From the NCBI GenBank assembly GCA_963662285.2, contig CAXXMV010000002.1, positions 64,001 through 128,000 on the forward strand: a stretch of DNA of 64,000 bases, read 5' to 3'. This stretch comes from a bacterium. GTDB taxonomy: Bacteria > Hinthialibacterota > Hinthialibacteria > Hinthialibacterales > Hinthialibacteraceae. Every line of letters begins with the position of its first letter. Position 1 is the stretch's first letter. The translations under genes were made by a program, and so were the position numbers. Of the stretch, positions 1-9,074 are shown in pieces. The notes beneath the pieces are model-generated. The model was given only the letters and a program-made list of their open reading frames with translations, made no database searches and was not told where the DNA came from.

Positions 1-1004
1 ACTTTAGTCGGCAGCATAAAAAAGGCCAAAGCAATATGCATGGCCGCCACCCAGCCGGAAACTGAGTCCCTTTGTCTCCAGTAGCCATGCAGACTTAATA
101 GGAACGCCGCCCCGAAAAGCCCCAAACCAAGGTTTTTATAAGTTAGAAGGTTAAGGATCGCATTGGTCTGCAACATCCCGTCTGAGCCGAATAACACCCC
201 CCAGATGCGCTCATCAAAGGTTGATGGATCAGCATGTAAGTACCATAAATTAAACGCCCCTACGCTTACGAAACGCCCCCATTTGAAACTATTCAAGACG
301 CATTGCTGGAAAAGTTCATCGATCTGACCATACGCGATATACGGGGCGACGCCTAAAATGCTCCCGCATATCAATCCCAGAGCCATTAATGCAAACATCC
401 GGTAGGCGCCGCGCAGCAGGGGGAAACAAAAAAATAACGGCAAAAATGGCAGAGTTTGTAGTTTCATCAACAAAGCTAAAGACAAAGCGGCGCCGCACCA
501 GAAAGCCCGGTCCATCGAAAAAGCAATTAAGGCCGCCAGCAAAAACATGGCGAAGATGGCGTCTAATTGACCATAGTAGGCGCTTACATATAAAATAGCG
601 GGATTAAGAAAATACAGTCCGGCCGCCCAAAGGCCTTTTTGGCTGTCGTATTTTTTTTCTACCCAGAAGTAGAGCAGGAATGCCGTCAATATTTCAAATA
701 AAACGGTGACCGACTTGATGAGAAATAAAAACTTGGCATTAAAGAATGGATCGCCGAACAACCCATGATAAACTCGAGCCAATCCTGTTAGTATATAAAG
801 ATACAATGGCGGGTAATTGACAAATTTGATATCACCGAGTTGCATATAGTCTCGATATATCGTAATCGGGCTATGATCGACCAGATAATCGGCCCAGGAA
901 ACTAAAAATAAGAAATCCTGCTTAAATCCGATAAATGGCATAAAGGGCAGGCGCAGTAATACGCCGCCCAGGATTAAGAACCAGAACATTCGAGGTAGTT
1001 GCAT
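1..1004 (-). CDS. GT-C fold membrane glycosyltransferase (PIG-M/GT87-like mannosyltransferase), 3' end runs off the window
   Basis: Manual minus-strand translation (absent from the ORF track): MQLPRMFWFLILGGVLLRLPF...NYPPLYLYIL...YFLNPAILYVSAYYGQLDAI...LLMKLQ. Multi-TM with NYPP, LNP and GQxD motifs. Alternative start at 989. Confidence 0.75.
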   Translation of the reverse strand, partial: MQLPRMFWFLILGGVLLRLPFMPFIGFKQDFLFLVSWADYLVDHSPITIYRDYMQLGDIKFVNYPPLYLYILTGLARVYHGLFGDPFFNAKFLFLIKSVTVLFEILTAFLLYFWVEKKYDSQKGLWAAGLYFLNPAILYVSAYYGQLDAIFAMFLLAALIAFSMDRAFWCGAALSLALLMKLQTLPFLPLFFCFPLLRGAYRMFALMALGLICGSILGVAPYIAYGQIDELFQQCVLNSFKWGRFVSVGAFNLWYLHADPSTFDERIWGVLFGSDGMLQTNAILNLLTYKNLGLGLFGAAFLLSLHGYWRQRDSVSGWVAAMHIALAFFMLPTK

Positions 1005-1488
1005 GAATGAACGCATAACAACCGCTTTCCCAATCAGATCGTACCCTTATCGAGTTTACTACGCCGATACCGACGCAGGGGGCGTAGTTTATTATGCTCA
1101 ATATCTTCGCATGTTTGAACAGACGCGTACCCTTTATTTAGAGGATTGTGGAATTTCTCTTACAGAATTAGCTGATATTAACTGTTTATTCGTCTGCCGA
1201 CGGGCTGAAGTCGACTATATTTCCTCCGCTAAATTGGGCGACCACTTGGATATTGAGACTAAAATATCAGAGTTGGGGAAGACGCATGTCACTTTCTCTT
1301 ATACAATCACTTGTCCGATGAGGAAGAATCAAGATGGCGCCGCGACGCTTATTGCTGAGGGAATCACTAAACTGGTCTCAATCAGAGAAAAAGAGGGGCA
1401 TGTACGGCCTATCCGCATCCCCAAGACTGTTTTAGACGCTTTATCAACTAACAAGTCCCCTCTCCCCGTTGGTGTACAGACCGGGTAG
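1003..1488 (+). CDS. YbgC/FadM family acyl-CoA thioesterase (hot-dog fold)
   Basis: RVYYADTDAGGVVYYAQYLRMFEQTR signature. The last codons are supplied by a REP palindrome and the IS end. Confidence 0.9.
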   Translation: MNERITTAFPIRSYPYRVYYADTDAGGVVYYAQYLRMFEQTRTLYLEDCGISLTELADINCLFVCRRAEVDYISSAKLGDHLDIETKISELGKTHVTFSYTITCPMRKNQDGAATLIAEGITKLVSIREKEGHVRPIRIPKTVLDALSTNKSPLPVGVQTG

Positions 1489-1561
1489 ATGGGTAACACA
1501 TGTTCGGGGACATGGGTTACAGTTTTTTATCAAAACCGGGATTTATCCCAGGTTATTGTTT

Positions 1562-1720
1562 GAGTTTTTTTTTAGGCATCTAGAGATGCTCAGGATAATT
1601 GGTTGGCTTAGAGGGAGGAGGTGAATATTTCACCTCCTGCATTATCCCTCGCACCTCGGATCGGCTATCCCTGGCGGGTTGCACTCCTGCAGCGCCCGCT
1701 TCCGTTTCGCCCAACCAATT
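1562..1720. ncRNA. Putative structured non-coding module in the 3' region of IS481-A
   Basis: Nested stems (AATTGGTTGG/CCAACCAATT; AGGAGGTGAA/TTCACCTCCT) and a 43-nt core homologous to 13302-13345, with compensatory changes. Confidence 0.55.
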
Positions 1721-1721
1721 T

Positions 1722-2888
1722 CTATTGTGACGCCTTTTTCTGGATTGCCAAGTTATCTTCTTTGATTTCATTCAAACGCAGATCGAGCGTCTTGATTTTT
1801 TGTCGGCAAAAATATACGTCCATCATCCCATCGGTCATAGCGGGTTTCAAGGCAACCGGGCATCCTACCAGGGCGCGGCTCACCCGGTAATCTTCACCAC
1901 GGTACGCCACCCGACCTCCTTGTTGCACCTTCCTGATAATGCTGCCCGGCGCGTACTCGATATCCGGCAAACTTCCCGGATAAACAAAAGGACTGGACGT
2001 ATAATGGTTAGCCGGGACATCCATATCCAGGGCTTCGTGAGGACGCTCAAAATTGTATTCATAACGCCACTCATCAAACCGCCTTTGGCAATATTCCAAA
2101 TCCACAAACGATTCCCTTATCAGCAATTCTTGCTTAAAGGTCCGGTGAAATCGCTCGACCTTGCCTTGGGTTTGCGGATGGTAGGGGCGACCGTGATACA
2201 CGCGAATACCCAATCGTATCAGCCATATTGTCAATCTGGTGTATTCGCAGGTTTTGCATCCTCCCCACGGACTTCCGTTATCCATCAACATCGCCCGAGG
2301 CATACCATACATCCTGAACACGCTTTCCAGGGAGTCTTGCACGGTTTCCCTTTGCTGATTGGCGCACGAAAATAATCCGGGAACAAAGCGCGTGCAATCA
2401 TCCAGAATGCTGAGCGGATAACAGCGTGCTTTGAGCGTGGGAAAATCTCCTTTGAAATCCATTTGCCACAATTCGTTGGGCGTATCTTTTTCAAAACGCT
2501 TATAGGCTTTGTGCTTGTGACTTTCCTTTTCATCCAGCAATCCCAGTCGGCGTAACACGGCAGTAATAGTGCTGGCGCTAGGAACATTTTCGTATCCCAA
2601 TTGAATCAGACGAGAGCGAATTTTGCGTCCTCCCCATCCTTTTTCGCGATTTTCTGTAATGGCTTGCTCGATAGACTTATCTGTTTGATGAGGGCAAGTA
2701 TTGGGTTTTTTGGAACGGTCTTGGAGATTTTCGACTCCTCCTTCTTTGTACCGTTTGATCCATTTGTAACCCGTCTTACGGCTGATATCAAACCGTTTAC
2801 ATAATTGGCTGATGTTGCTTTCTTCTTGCTGGCTCAACAATACGAATTCTTTTCTCAGAGACATAAGGTCCACCTCGTTCCAGGGCAT
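1722..2888 (-). CDS. IS481-family DDE transposase
   Basis: N-terminal HTH (ISRKTGYKWIKRY), WQMDFKG, LMDNGSPW, HPQTQGKVERFHRT and NFERPHEAL. Confidence 0.95.
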   Translation of the reverse strand: MPWNEVDLMSLRKEFVLLSQQEESNISQLCKRFDISRKTGYKWIKRYKEGGVENLQDRSKKPNTCPHQTDKSIEQAITENREKGWGGRKIRSRLIQLGYENVPSASTITAVLRRLGLLDEKESHKHKAYKRFEKDTPNELWQMDFKGDFPTLKARCYPLSILDDCTRFVPGLFSCANQQRETVQDSLESVFRMYGMPRAMLMDNGSPWGGCKTCEYTRLTIWLIRLGIRVYHGRPYHPQTQGKVERFHRTFKQELLIRESFVDLEYCQRRFDEWRYEYNFERPHEALDMDVPANHYTSSPFVYPGSLPDIEYAPGSIIRKVQQGGRVAYRGEDYRVSRALVGCPVALKPAMTDGMMDVYFCRQKIKTLDLRLNEIKEDNLAIQKKASQ

Positions 2889-3072
2889 ATTCTTCGCCTC
2901 CTTTCAAGGCTAGAATACACTCAGAAAATGTGTTACCTATGTCCCCGAACACCTGTTACCCATGTCCCAGGCCTTTACAGTTGGGAGAGGGTTAGGGTGA
3001 GGGGTAAAATTAAACCACTTCAGACAAAACGAATTGGTCATACTACTAGAGCGTTAATAAGCATAGACCTTC

Positions 3073-5424
3073 ATGAAGGTCTATGTAAAAATATCTTTTG
3101 GTGAAATGATGCGTAAATCAATCGAATTTCTACTATTTCTGTTTATCCTGGCATCCACGGTATGGGCGCAAAACCCGCCTGTTGCAAGTGAGAATAATAT
3201 TCCGGTCGACATTATCGGGGGCGAGTTATCTTTTGATAATGAAACGCAGAATATGCACTCGAAATCAAACGCCAATGGCGACCCTACCGTCATCTTCGAG
3301 ATGCAGTCTATTACCGCCCATCATATTCATTACAACCAGGCGTCTAAAATCATTTACGCCACTGGCGCGGTCCGTTTATGGGATGAAGGAAATATTCTGC
3401 GCGGCGACTATCTGGAATTTTACATTGACAGCAAAGAAGGCGTCCTGCAAAATCTGAAATCATCCGAAATTCTTGACGGCGTCTATTTTGCCGGAGAAAC
3501 CCTGGTTTTAGGACACCGGCCAGCCAAAGTTATTAAAGACGCCACACAACCGGAGATGGTCAGGGAATTTACCCTTTTCAACGGTACAGTCACGCCAAAC
3601 GACCTTCCCGTTCCTCATTACCACATTAAATACAATAAGATCGTTTTCGCTCCCAAAGTTAGAGCCACTATAACAAATATGTTTTTCCATGTCGGCGATT
3701 GGCCGATTGCCTACGCTCCGGTCTTCTCCAGATCACTGGCCGATCATGAACTAACCTATTTTATCGACGTCGATAGTTATTCCGACCTGGGCGTGGCATT
3801 CATGAACCGTTTGTTATGGAAACCCAATGACCAATGGGAACTAAACCTCTATGGCGATTACTTCACCAAAGCGGGCATCGGCAAAGGCGCCAAAGTGGAA
3901 ATGGACATCCCCGGTCAATATGGCCCCAAAGGTATGATCTACGCCAATCATATTAAGCAGGAAGAACCCGACAATGACCGCATTTACGATGGCGCGGATC
4001 GCTATAACCTGGCTTTGGAATACCAGCAGGACCTGCCCTACGATATGCGCTTATCCGCTAAAGGCCATCGCATCTCCGACTCAGAATACCGCTGGGATTA
4101 TCGCGGCCCGGAATCAGCCCATAGAATTGATTTAATTGAGATGCAGGAAGATTCGGTTTCACATGTTAATCTAACCAAATTGTGGGATGATCAAAGTCTG
4201 CGGGCGACCTTCGCCTCGCGGCTTGATCCCTTCTACTACAACGGCCTGCCCTTTATCGAACGGAAGCCGCAAATTCATTTTGAGCAATATCCATATTCAA
4301 TCTATGATTCTAATATTTTCGCCGATTTCCGGCTGGATTATGGAAGATACCGCCGCGAAGAAGGCGTAACGTTCCCCTTAGATGTAAGAAACCTCTACAG
4401 CCGGACCACTTTTTATGACGAGGTAGACCGGCTGGACGCCGAACTGCGCGTCTCTTATCCGATTCATCTTCCCGAACGCTTTACCCTGCAACCCTGGGTA
4501 GGCTATCGCGGAACCAATTACTCCGACCCCATGCGCGCTGAAGGAACTCCCTTCACAGAGTATAACTTCGACGACGAAACCCGCCTGATGCTTGAGGGAG
4601 GCGTTGATCTATCCACCCGCACCGTTTATGAGTTCAAACCATTTTTGGATAAATACGCTAAAATGCGCGCCGTCGTGGAACCTATCTTGCAATATGGATA
4701 TTATCACCCCGACACAGACTTGGAAGAAATCACAACCGGAACCAATATCCGCTTTCCATATATCGATCCGGTTGACGAATTCCGCTTCAAGATGCACCGT
4801 TTCTCAGCTATGGTGCGCACCAAAATTCAAGGCAAAACCGCTGAAGGATTTACCAGCGATTTCATGCGTCTATCAGCAGGAGCGGTATACGACATAATCC
4901 CCGACGAAAACCTGCGCTATGATAGTTTTGAATTGTTCGACGATTTCGCCAATCATGATGATTATAGATTTTCCGACCTGGTCGAAGATTTCAGCATCTA
5001 CCCGTTTGACTGGCTCACCTTCGGCAATTCGCTGCAATTCGATATCGAAGACAGCCAGTTGCGCTCTTCATACACTTACACCACAGTTCAACCGATTGAT
5101 CCGGTTCATGTAACTACCGGATACCTGACCTACAAACATCCACTGCTGGATAACGAAGAGCAGCGCGACGTCACGCTTAATGTAAACTGGAAATTATCCA
5201 ACAAGTGGCAAGCCTATTACACCAGCTGGTATGATATTGATGATGAAGTTTTCCGCAGAAACCATGTCGGCCTGGTGCGGGACATGTACGACTTCTACGG
5301 CATTATCCAGGTAGGCCAGCGCAGACACCCCACCCTGGGAACCGATTTCAAAATATCCTTCGGCCTACAATTCTGGGGCATCAACAAAGGACAAACCCAG
5401 GAAGCCCCGACTCTGTTCTATTAG
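3073..5424 (+). CDS. lptD: LPS-assembly protein LptD-like outer-membrane beta-barrel
   Basis: Signal peptide, OstA-like N-terminal beta-jellyroll (IYATGAVRL..LRGDYLEF), PIAYAPVF motif and aromatic-rich beta strands. True start probably slightly downstream (MMRKS). Confidence 0.75.
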   Translation: MKVYVKISFGEMMRKSIEFLLFLFILASTVWAQNPPVASENNIPVDIIGGELSFDNETQNMHSKSNANGDPTVIFEMQSITAHHIHYNQASKIIYATGAVRLWDEGNILRGDYLEFYIDSKEGVLQNLKSSEILDGVYFAGETLVLGHRPAKVIKDATQPEMVREFTLFNGTVTPNDLPVPHYHIKYNKIVFAPKVRATITNMFFHVGDWPIAYAPVFSRSLADHELTYFIDVDSYSDLGVAFMNRLLWKPNDQWELNLYGDYFTKAGIGKGAKVEMDIPGQYGPKGMIYANHIKQEEPDNDRIYDGADRYNLALEYQQDLPYDMRLSAKGHRISDSEYRWDYRGPESAHRIDLIEMQEDSVSHVNLTKLWDDQSLRATFASRLDPFYYNGLPFIERKPQIHFEQYPYSIYDSNIFADFRLDYGRYRREEGVTFPLDVRNLYSRTTFYDEVDRLDAELRVSYPIHLPERFTLQPWVGYRGTNYSDPMRAEGTPFTEYNFDDETRLMLEGGVDLSTRTVYEFKPFLDKYAKMRAVVEPILQYGYYHPDTDLEEITTGTNIRFPYIDPVDEFRFKMHRFSAMVRTKIQGKTAEGFTSDFMRLSAGAVYDIIPDENLRYDSFELFDDFANHDDYRFSDLVEDFSIYPFDWLTFGNSLQFDIEDSQLRSSYTYTTVQPIDPVHVTTGYLTYKHPLLDNEEQRDVTLNVNWKLSNKWQAYYTSWYDIDDEVFRRNHVGLVRDMYDFYGIIQVGQRRHPTLGTDFKISFGLQFWGINKGQTQEAPTLFY

Positions 5425-5491
5425 CATTATTTCTTGATATGATCGTGTAGAGTATGGTAGCAAGAAAACTACTCTTTTCCAGAAGAAAAAA

Positions 5492-5516
5492 GGCGCAGCC
5501 TATTCCGGGCTGCGCC
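5492..5516. terminator. Intrinsic terminator between convergent genes
   Basis: GGCGCAGCC-tattccg-GGCTGCGCC preceded by an A-run (U-tail on the minus strand). Confidence 0.7.
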
Positions 5517-5542
5517 AGTAAATATCATCTAGATAACATATT

Positions 5543-8488
5543 CTATTCTTTGGGGAGGAAATTCGCGATCGTCCAGAAATGGAAATTGTTTTGATCTTGG
5601 GCTCGCGTGAAAATCAGTTGTTTGGTTATAGGATTGAAATCAAATTCACTGAACGTAAAAGGATACGACCATGTTTTTACGATCTTATCCTCATGAATCG
5701 AAATCAAGTAGACGTCGCAAGAATTAAATGACGTGTTTTTAACGGCTATAAGTGTGCTGTCGTCATACCAATCCACATTGCCATTCATCCCGATGACAGG
5801 CAATCGGTAATCTAAACATGTCAATGGGGATGATGTTGCTCCATCAGTCGAGAGAATCCATAAATTGTAATGATGTTTCTGACCGTTTGGATCGTCGGGA
5901 ACTTGTTTCCAAATTGCAACCAGGATTTTTTCTCCATTCGGAGAAAGAGGCAATATATGATGCAAAAGTCCGTCCTTTGCCTCCATCAACACCTTTTCTT
6001 CGTCGGTTTCGATATTGCGTCGAACCAGATCTTTGAATGCAACAACCCGGCCCTGCATTCCTCGTAGATAGTATATGATCGATTCGTCTTTCGATGGCGT
6101 AAACATGAACAAGGGTTGTGCGTTGAGTTTATCGTGGATTTCAACCTTCCCGGTTTCTATATTGACTCGAAATATTGCGCCGCTAGGATATTTTGGCTCT
6201 TTGGGAAGATAGGAATGGCATAAAAATTCTTTCCCCGATTGCAGAAAAGCGAGGCTGGTTAAGCGGAAAAATGGAAAATCACGATTGAAATCAGATACGA
6301 TTTCAGTAGTTTCTTGGGTGGCTATTGTTTGAATGTAGTAAAGATAATTGTTGCTTTTACCGTCGTGTTTTTGAAAAATAAAACGATCCCCCTCCGGGCT
6401 CCAAAAGGGTTTTTTTCCAGAAGCGTATGGGACGTAATTCATTTGCAATCCCTCTTCACGGTCGAGGGTCGATATGTAGATGATATCCGAATCGTAGTCC
6501 GTCATGTGATAGTAAAGAAACGTCCCATCCTTGGCGCTGCCCAGTGGATAAATCGTTCCAACTTTTCCGCGCACGAGAGTAGGTAGCCCGGTGAGTTTCC
6601 CTTCGGAAAAGGGAACGTAAAATAAATCCGTTCGTTCGTTTCTCCGGCTGGTATATACAACCTGACAGCCATCGGGCGACCATCCTAAAATGCATTCTTC
6701 AGCAGGACTATTGAACAAGGGAATCTCTATTTTGTTCGCGATATCGTAAATGTAAATATCACGATGGTTTTTTTTCCCTTGCGGAACGTTCATATTGTAT
6801 TTATCGAATAACAGATAACGTCCATCCGGCGAGAGTTCGCATTCCTTCACATCCTTCACCGATCCTACGGTTTGCTTTGAACCCGTGTCGACGTTATAAA
6901 ATGCAAACTCGTTTTTGTCCTTGTTATCTTTGAAACAGAATTCAATCAGAATCCGCTTTCCATCGTTCGTCCATTGTTTTAATTTATACCATCTATCATC
7001 CACGCCTTTGAGCAATACTTTCTGCTTACCGGTCTCGGTATCGGCCATATATATAGTTTTATAATCATCATCGCTTAAATACACCATACGATCAGCGTTT
7101 GGTGAAAGAATGGGAGTGGCTGGTATAATCTCCTGATCTTCTGGAAAAACGTATTTCTTATCTCCCGTTTTAACGTCGATCAGGACGGTTCTCGGCTTTT
7201 TGTTGAATCGCTCCAAAAACACAGCGTACTGTCCGTTCCAGGAAAGGCGCCCGCATGCCGCATCACTGTAGTTGTATTTGATATCACGATATTGGTTGAT
7301 TTTACGCAAAGTTATCGCTTGTTTATTATCTTGACCAGTTATGGTTGGAATTGATTCATTCTTTTCTCCAGCCCTAACCGTCGGCAGCACCAAACAAGCC
7401 ACGAATAACAAAACGATGGTCATAGTGATAGAAAGTCTTGCGTTTAATTTTCTGTCCATATCAAGTATTCTCATCATTCTTCTCCTTACCAACGATCCTT
7501 TGTTTGAAAATCCGGAATGAGCCATCATGTAGGACGGCGCTCCGTTGACCTGCTTGGCTATGCTTAAAAGGCCTTCTCCACATTCAACGCGGGGAGCGTC
7601 GCAAACAGACAGCGCCATATCATCGCAGGCGTATTCCCTTTGTTGATCAATCATACGATTGGCCAGCCACACACCGGGGTGAAAGAAAAACAATATCTGT
7701 ATAACCCCCTGAAACATGCTCGCGATATTGTCAAACCTGCGGACGTGAGCGAGTTCATGCAATAAAATCCATTCGATCTGTTTTATCCTGAAATCCCTGA
7801 ATAGTTCAGCAGGTACGATAATCCTTGGTTTAAGAAATCCCCACACGACAGGAGTTTTGGTCCAGGAGCACTGTAGCCATACAATCCGCCGATTGGTTTT
7901 TGATTTTTTCTGTAATTGAATTAAATCAACCGGTATTGAGTTAGAATCAATATGCTGCGCATTTCGTAATTTTCGATGTATCATCCACTGAAATCCTAAA
8001 AACCGAAACAGCAATAACGATACGATAATTCCCCAGGTAATCATCAACCAACTTGCCGAGGTAAATGATGATTTGGCGATAGTGGGCTTACTTACTATGC
8101 TAGAAAGAGTAACGCCCGATAATGCCTCATCCTGTTTCTGACTGGTAATCGAGGAAATATTTTCCTGGCCAGCCGCTGAAGACGCGGTCTCTTGTGCGAT
8201 ATCTTTTTTTTGAGTGATATCATTCTCTACGCTGGTAGGTATAAAAGCCGCCTCCTGCCTCACAGGAAAAGAGGGAAACGTCGTGGATATTGAAATCGGG
8301 CTTGGAATTATCAATTTGAAGAGAATGAGAAGAAACAAGACATAGCCCAGTTGCGGCGAAACTTTTTTCCTGACCAATAACCACAAGCCTCCGATAAGCA
8401 ACAAAACGAGAATGGAATCAAGTACTCGATATTGCATAAACTCGAACCAATCCAAAGACCATTGATTGATTGTATCGGCTAGATTCAT
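5543..8488 (-). CDS. BlaR1/M56-family peptidase sensor with C-terminal TolB-like (PD40) beta-propellers
   Basis: N-terminal TMs, HELAHVRRFD zinc motif, NRMIDQQREYACDD, then repeated WSPDG/LSPNG propeller blades. Confidence 0.9.
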   Translation of the reverse strand: MNLADTINQWSLDWFEFMQYRVLDSILVLLLIGGLWLLVRKKVSPQLGYVLFLLILFKLIIPSPISISTTFPSFPVRQEAAFIPTSVENDITQKKDIAQETASSAAGQENISSITSQKQDEALSGVTLSSIVSKPTIAKSSFTSASWLMITWGIIVSLLLFRFLGFQWMIHRKLRNAQHIDSNSIPVDLIQLQKKSKTNRRIVWLQCSWTKTPVVWGFLKPRIIVPAELFRDFRIKQIEWILLHELAHVRRFDNIASMFQGVIQILFFFHPGVWLANRMIDQQREYACDDMALSVCDAPRVECGEGLLSIAKQVNGAPSYMMAHSGFSNKGSLVRRRMMRILDMDRKLNARLSITMTIVLLFVACLVLPTVRAGEKNESIPTITGQDNKQAITLRKINQYRDIKYNYSDAACGRLSWNGQYAVFLERFNKKPRTVLIDVKTGDKKYVFPEDQEIIPATPILSPNADRMVYLSDDDYKTIYMADTETGKQKVLLKGVDDRWYKLKQWTNDGKRILIEFCFKDNKDKNEFAFYNVDTGSKQTVGSVKDVKECELSPDGRYLLFDKYNMNVPQGKKNHRDIYIYDIANKIEIPLFNSPAEECILGWSPDGCQVVYTSRRNERTDLFYVPFSEGKLTGLPTLVRGKVGTIYPLGSAKDGTFLYYHMTDYDSDIIYISTLDREEGLQMNYVPYASGKKPFWSPEGDRFIFQKHDGKSNNYLYYIQTIATQETTEIVSDFNRDFPFFRLTSLAFLQSGKEFLCHSYLPKEPKYPSGAIFRVNIETGKVEIHDKLNAQPLFMFTPSKDESIIYYLRGMQGRVVAFKDLVRRNIETDEEKVLMEAKDGLLHHILPLSPNGEKILVAIWKQVPDDPNGQKHHYNLWILSTDGATSSPLTCLDYRLPVIGMNGNVDWYDDSTLIAVKNTSFNSCDVYLISIHEDKIVKTWSYPFTFSEFDFNPITKQLIFTRAQDQNNFHFWTIANFLPKE

Positions 8489-8877
8489 GATTCATCCTCC
8501 TTCGCCCGTTGATCCAGCAAAACGCGTAACTCATTAATTTCATCTTGCGAAAGTTCGCTATTCTTGACCATGTAAGAGAGCAGCGGACCAGCTTTCCCCG
8601 CCAACGTTTTATCCAATAAATCGTCAGCCGCATTACAGATAGACCGTATAAAAGGTCGTGCGGGGCGATACACCAGGCAATTCCCGACTTGCTTGGTTTT
8701 CACAAAACCCTTATCAACCAGCCGGTTCAAAAACGCGCGTACTGTATTCTGGTTCCAATCAAACTCTTTGGATAATTCACCGTAAACATCACGAACTGCG
8801 CAGGACTTAAAATTCCAGACAATCTTCATGACCTGCCACTCACTGTCTGACAGTGGATCTGAGGAACGCCGTACCAT
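8485..8877 (-). CDS. BlaI/MecI/CopY family transcriptional repressor
   Basis: LSDSEWQVMKIVW...WNQNTVRAFLNRLVDKGFV. True start is ATG 8877 with a GGAGGTG RBS. ATGA overlap with the M56 gene. Confidence 0.92.
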   Translation of the reverse strand: MVRRSSDPLSDSEWQVMKIVWNFKSCAVRDVYGELSKEFDWNQNTVRAFLNRLVDKGFVKTKQVGNCLVYRPARPFIRSICNAADDLLDKTLAGKAGPLLSYMVKNSELSQDEINELRVLLDQRAKEDES

Positions 8878-8903
8878 CGCTTTCACCTCCATCATAGGAA
8901 TAA

Positions 8904-8939
8904 CTGTAACAATTGTTACAGATATGTAGCAAATGTCAA
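8904..8939 (-). promoter_or_regulatory. Promoter (-35 TTGACA) and palindromic operator of blaI-M56 operon
   Basis: TTGACA at 8939-8934 (minus strand). Perfect 18-bp palindrome CTGTAACAATTGTTACAG at 8904-8921 covers the expected -10 region. Confidence 0.65.
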
Positions 8940-9020
8940 GAGAAGAATTAAAAAATGCCGGGGGAAAGTTTGGCATTAAAATTTCTACATAGCCGGTTCG
9001 CCCGCTTCGCGTACAAACAT

Positions 9021-9052
9021 AAAAAAAGGCGCCTCGAAAGCGCCTTTTTTTT
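9021..9052 (-). terminator. Intrinsic terminator after sucD
   Basis: AAAAAAAGGCGC-ctcgaaa-GCGCCTTTTTTTT. Confidence 0.8.
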
Positions 9053-9074
9053 AATATATTAACAATATGAACTT

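Larger units (their letters stand above)
1473..2979 (-). mobile_element. IS481-family insertion sequence (IS481-A, 1507 bp)
   Basis: TGT...ACA ends, repeated sub-terminal (GAC)ATGGGT(A/T)ACA motifs at both ends, and a 5-bp target duplication GTTGG at 1468-1472 and 2980-2984. Confidence 0.93.
1456..3004. repeat. REP-like palindrome (CCCCTCTCCCC-gttg-GGAGAGGG-TTAGGGTGAGGGG) split by IS481-A
   Basis: Left half 1456-1472 and right half 2980-3004 rejoin into one stem-loop when the IS and one TSD copy are removed. Confidence 0.85.

Noticed and set aside
1597-1620. IS481 module acting as a base-pairing guide for its REP target (GTTGG..AGAGGG resemblance)
   Set aside because: The match is short and gapped in G-rich sequence, and no equivalent match was found for IS481-B. 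Not supportable by eye.
1800-2804. Plus-strand ORFs inside IS481-A and similar short overlapping ORFs elsewhere in the track
   Set aside because: Shadow ORFs opposite or within well-supported genes, with no recognisable motifs.
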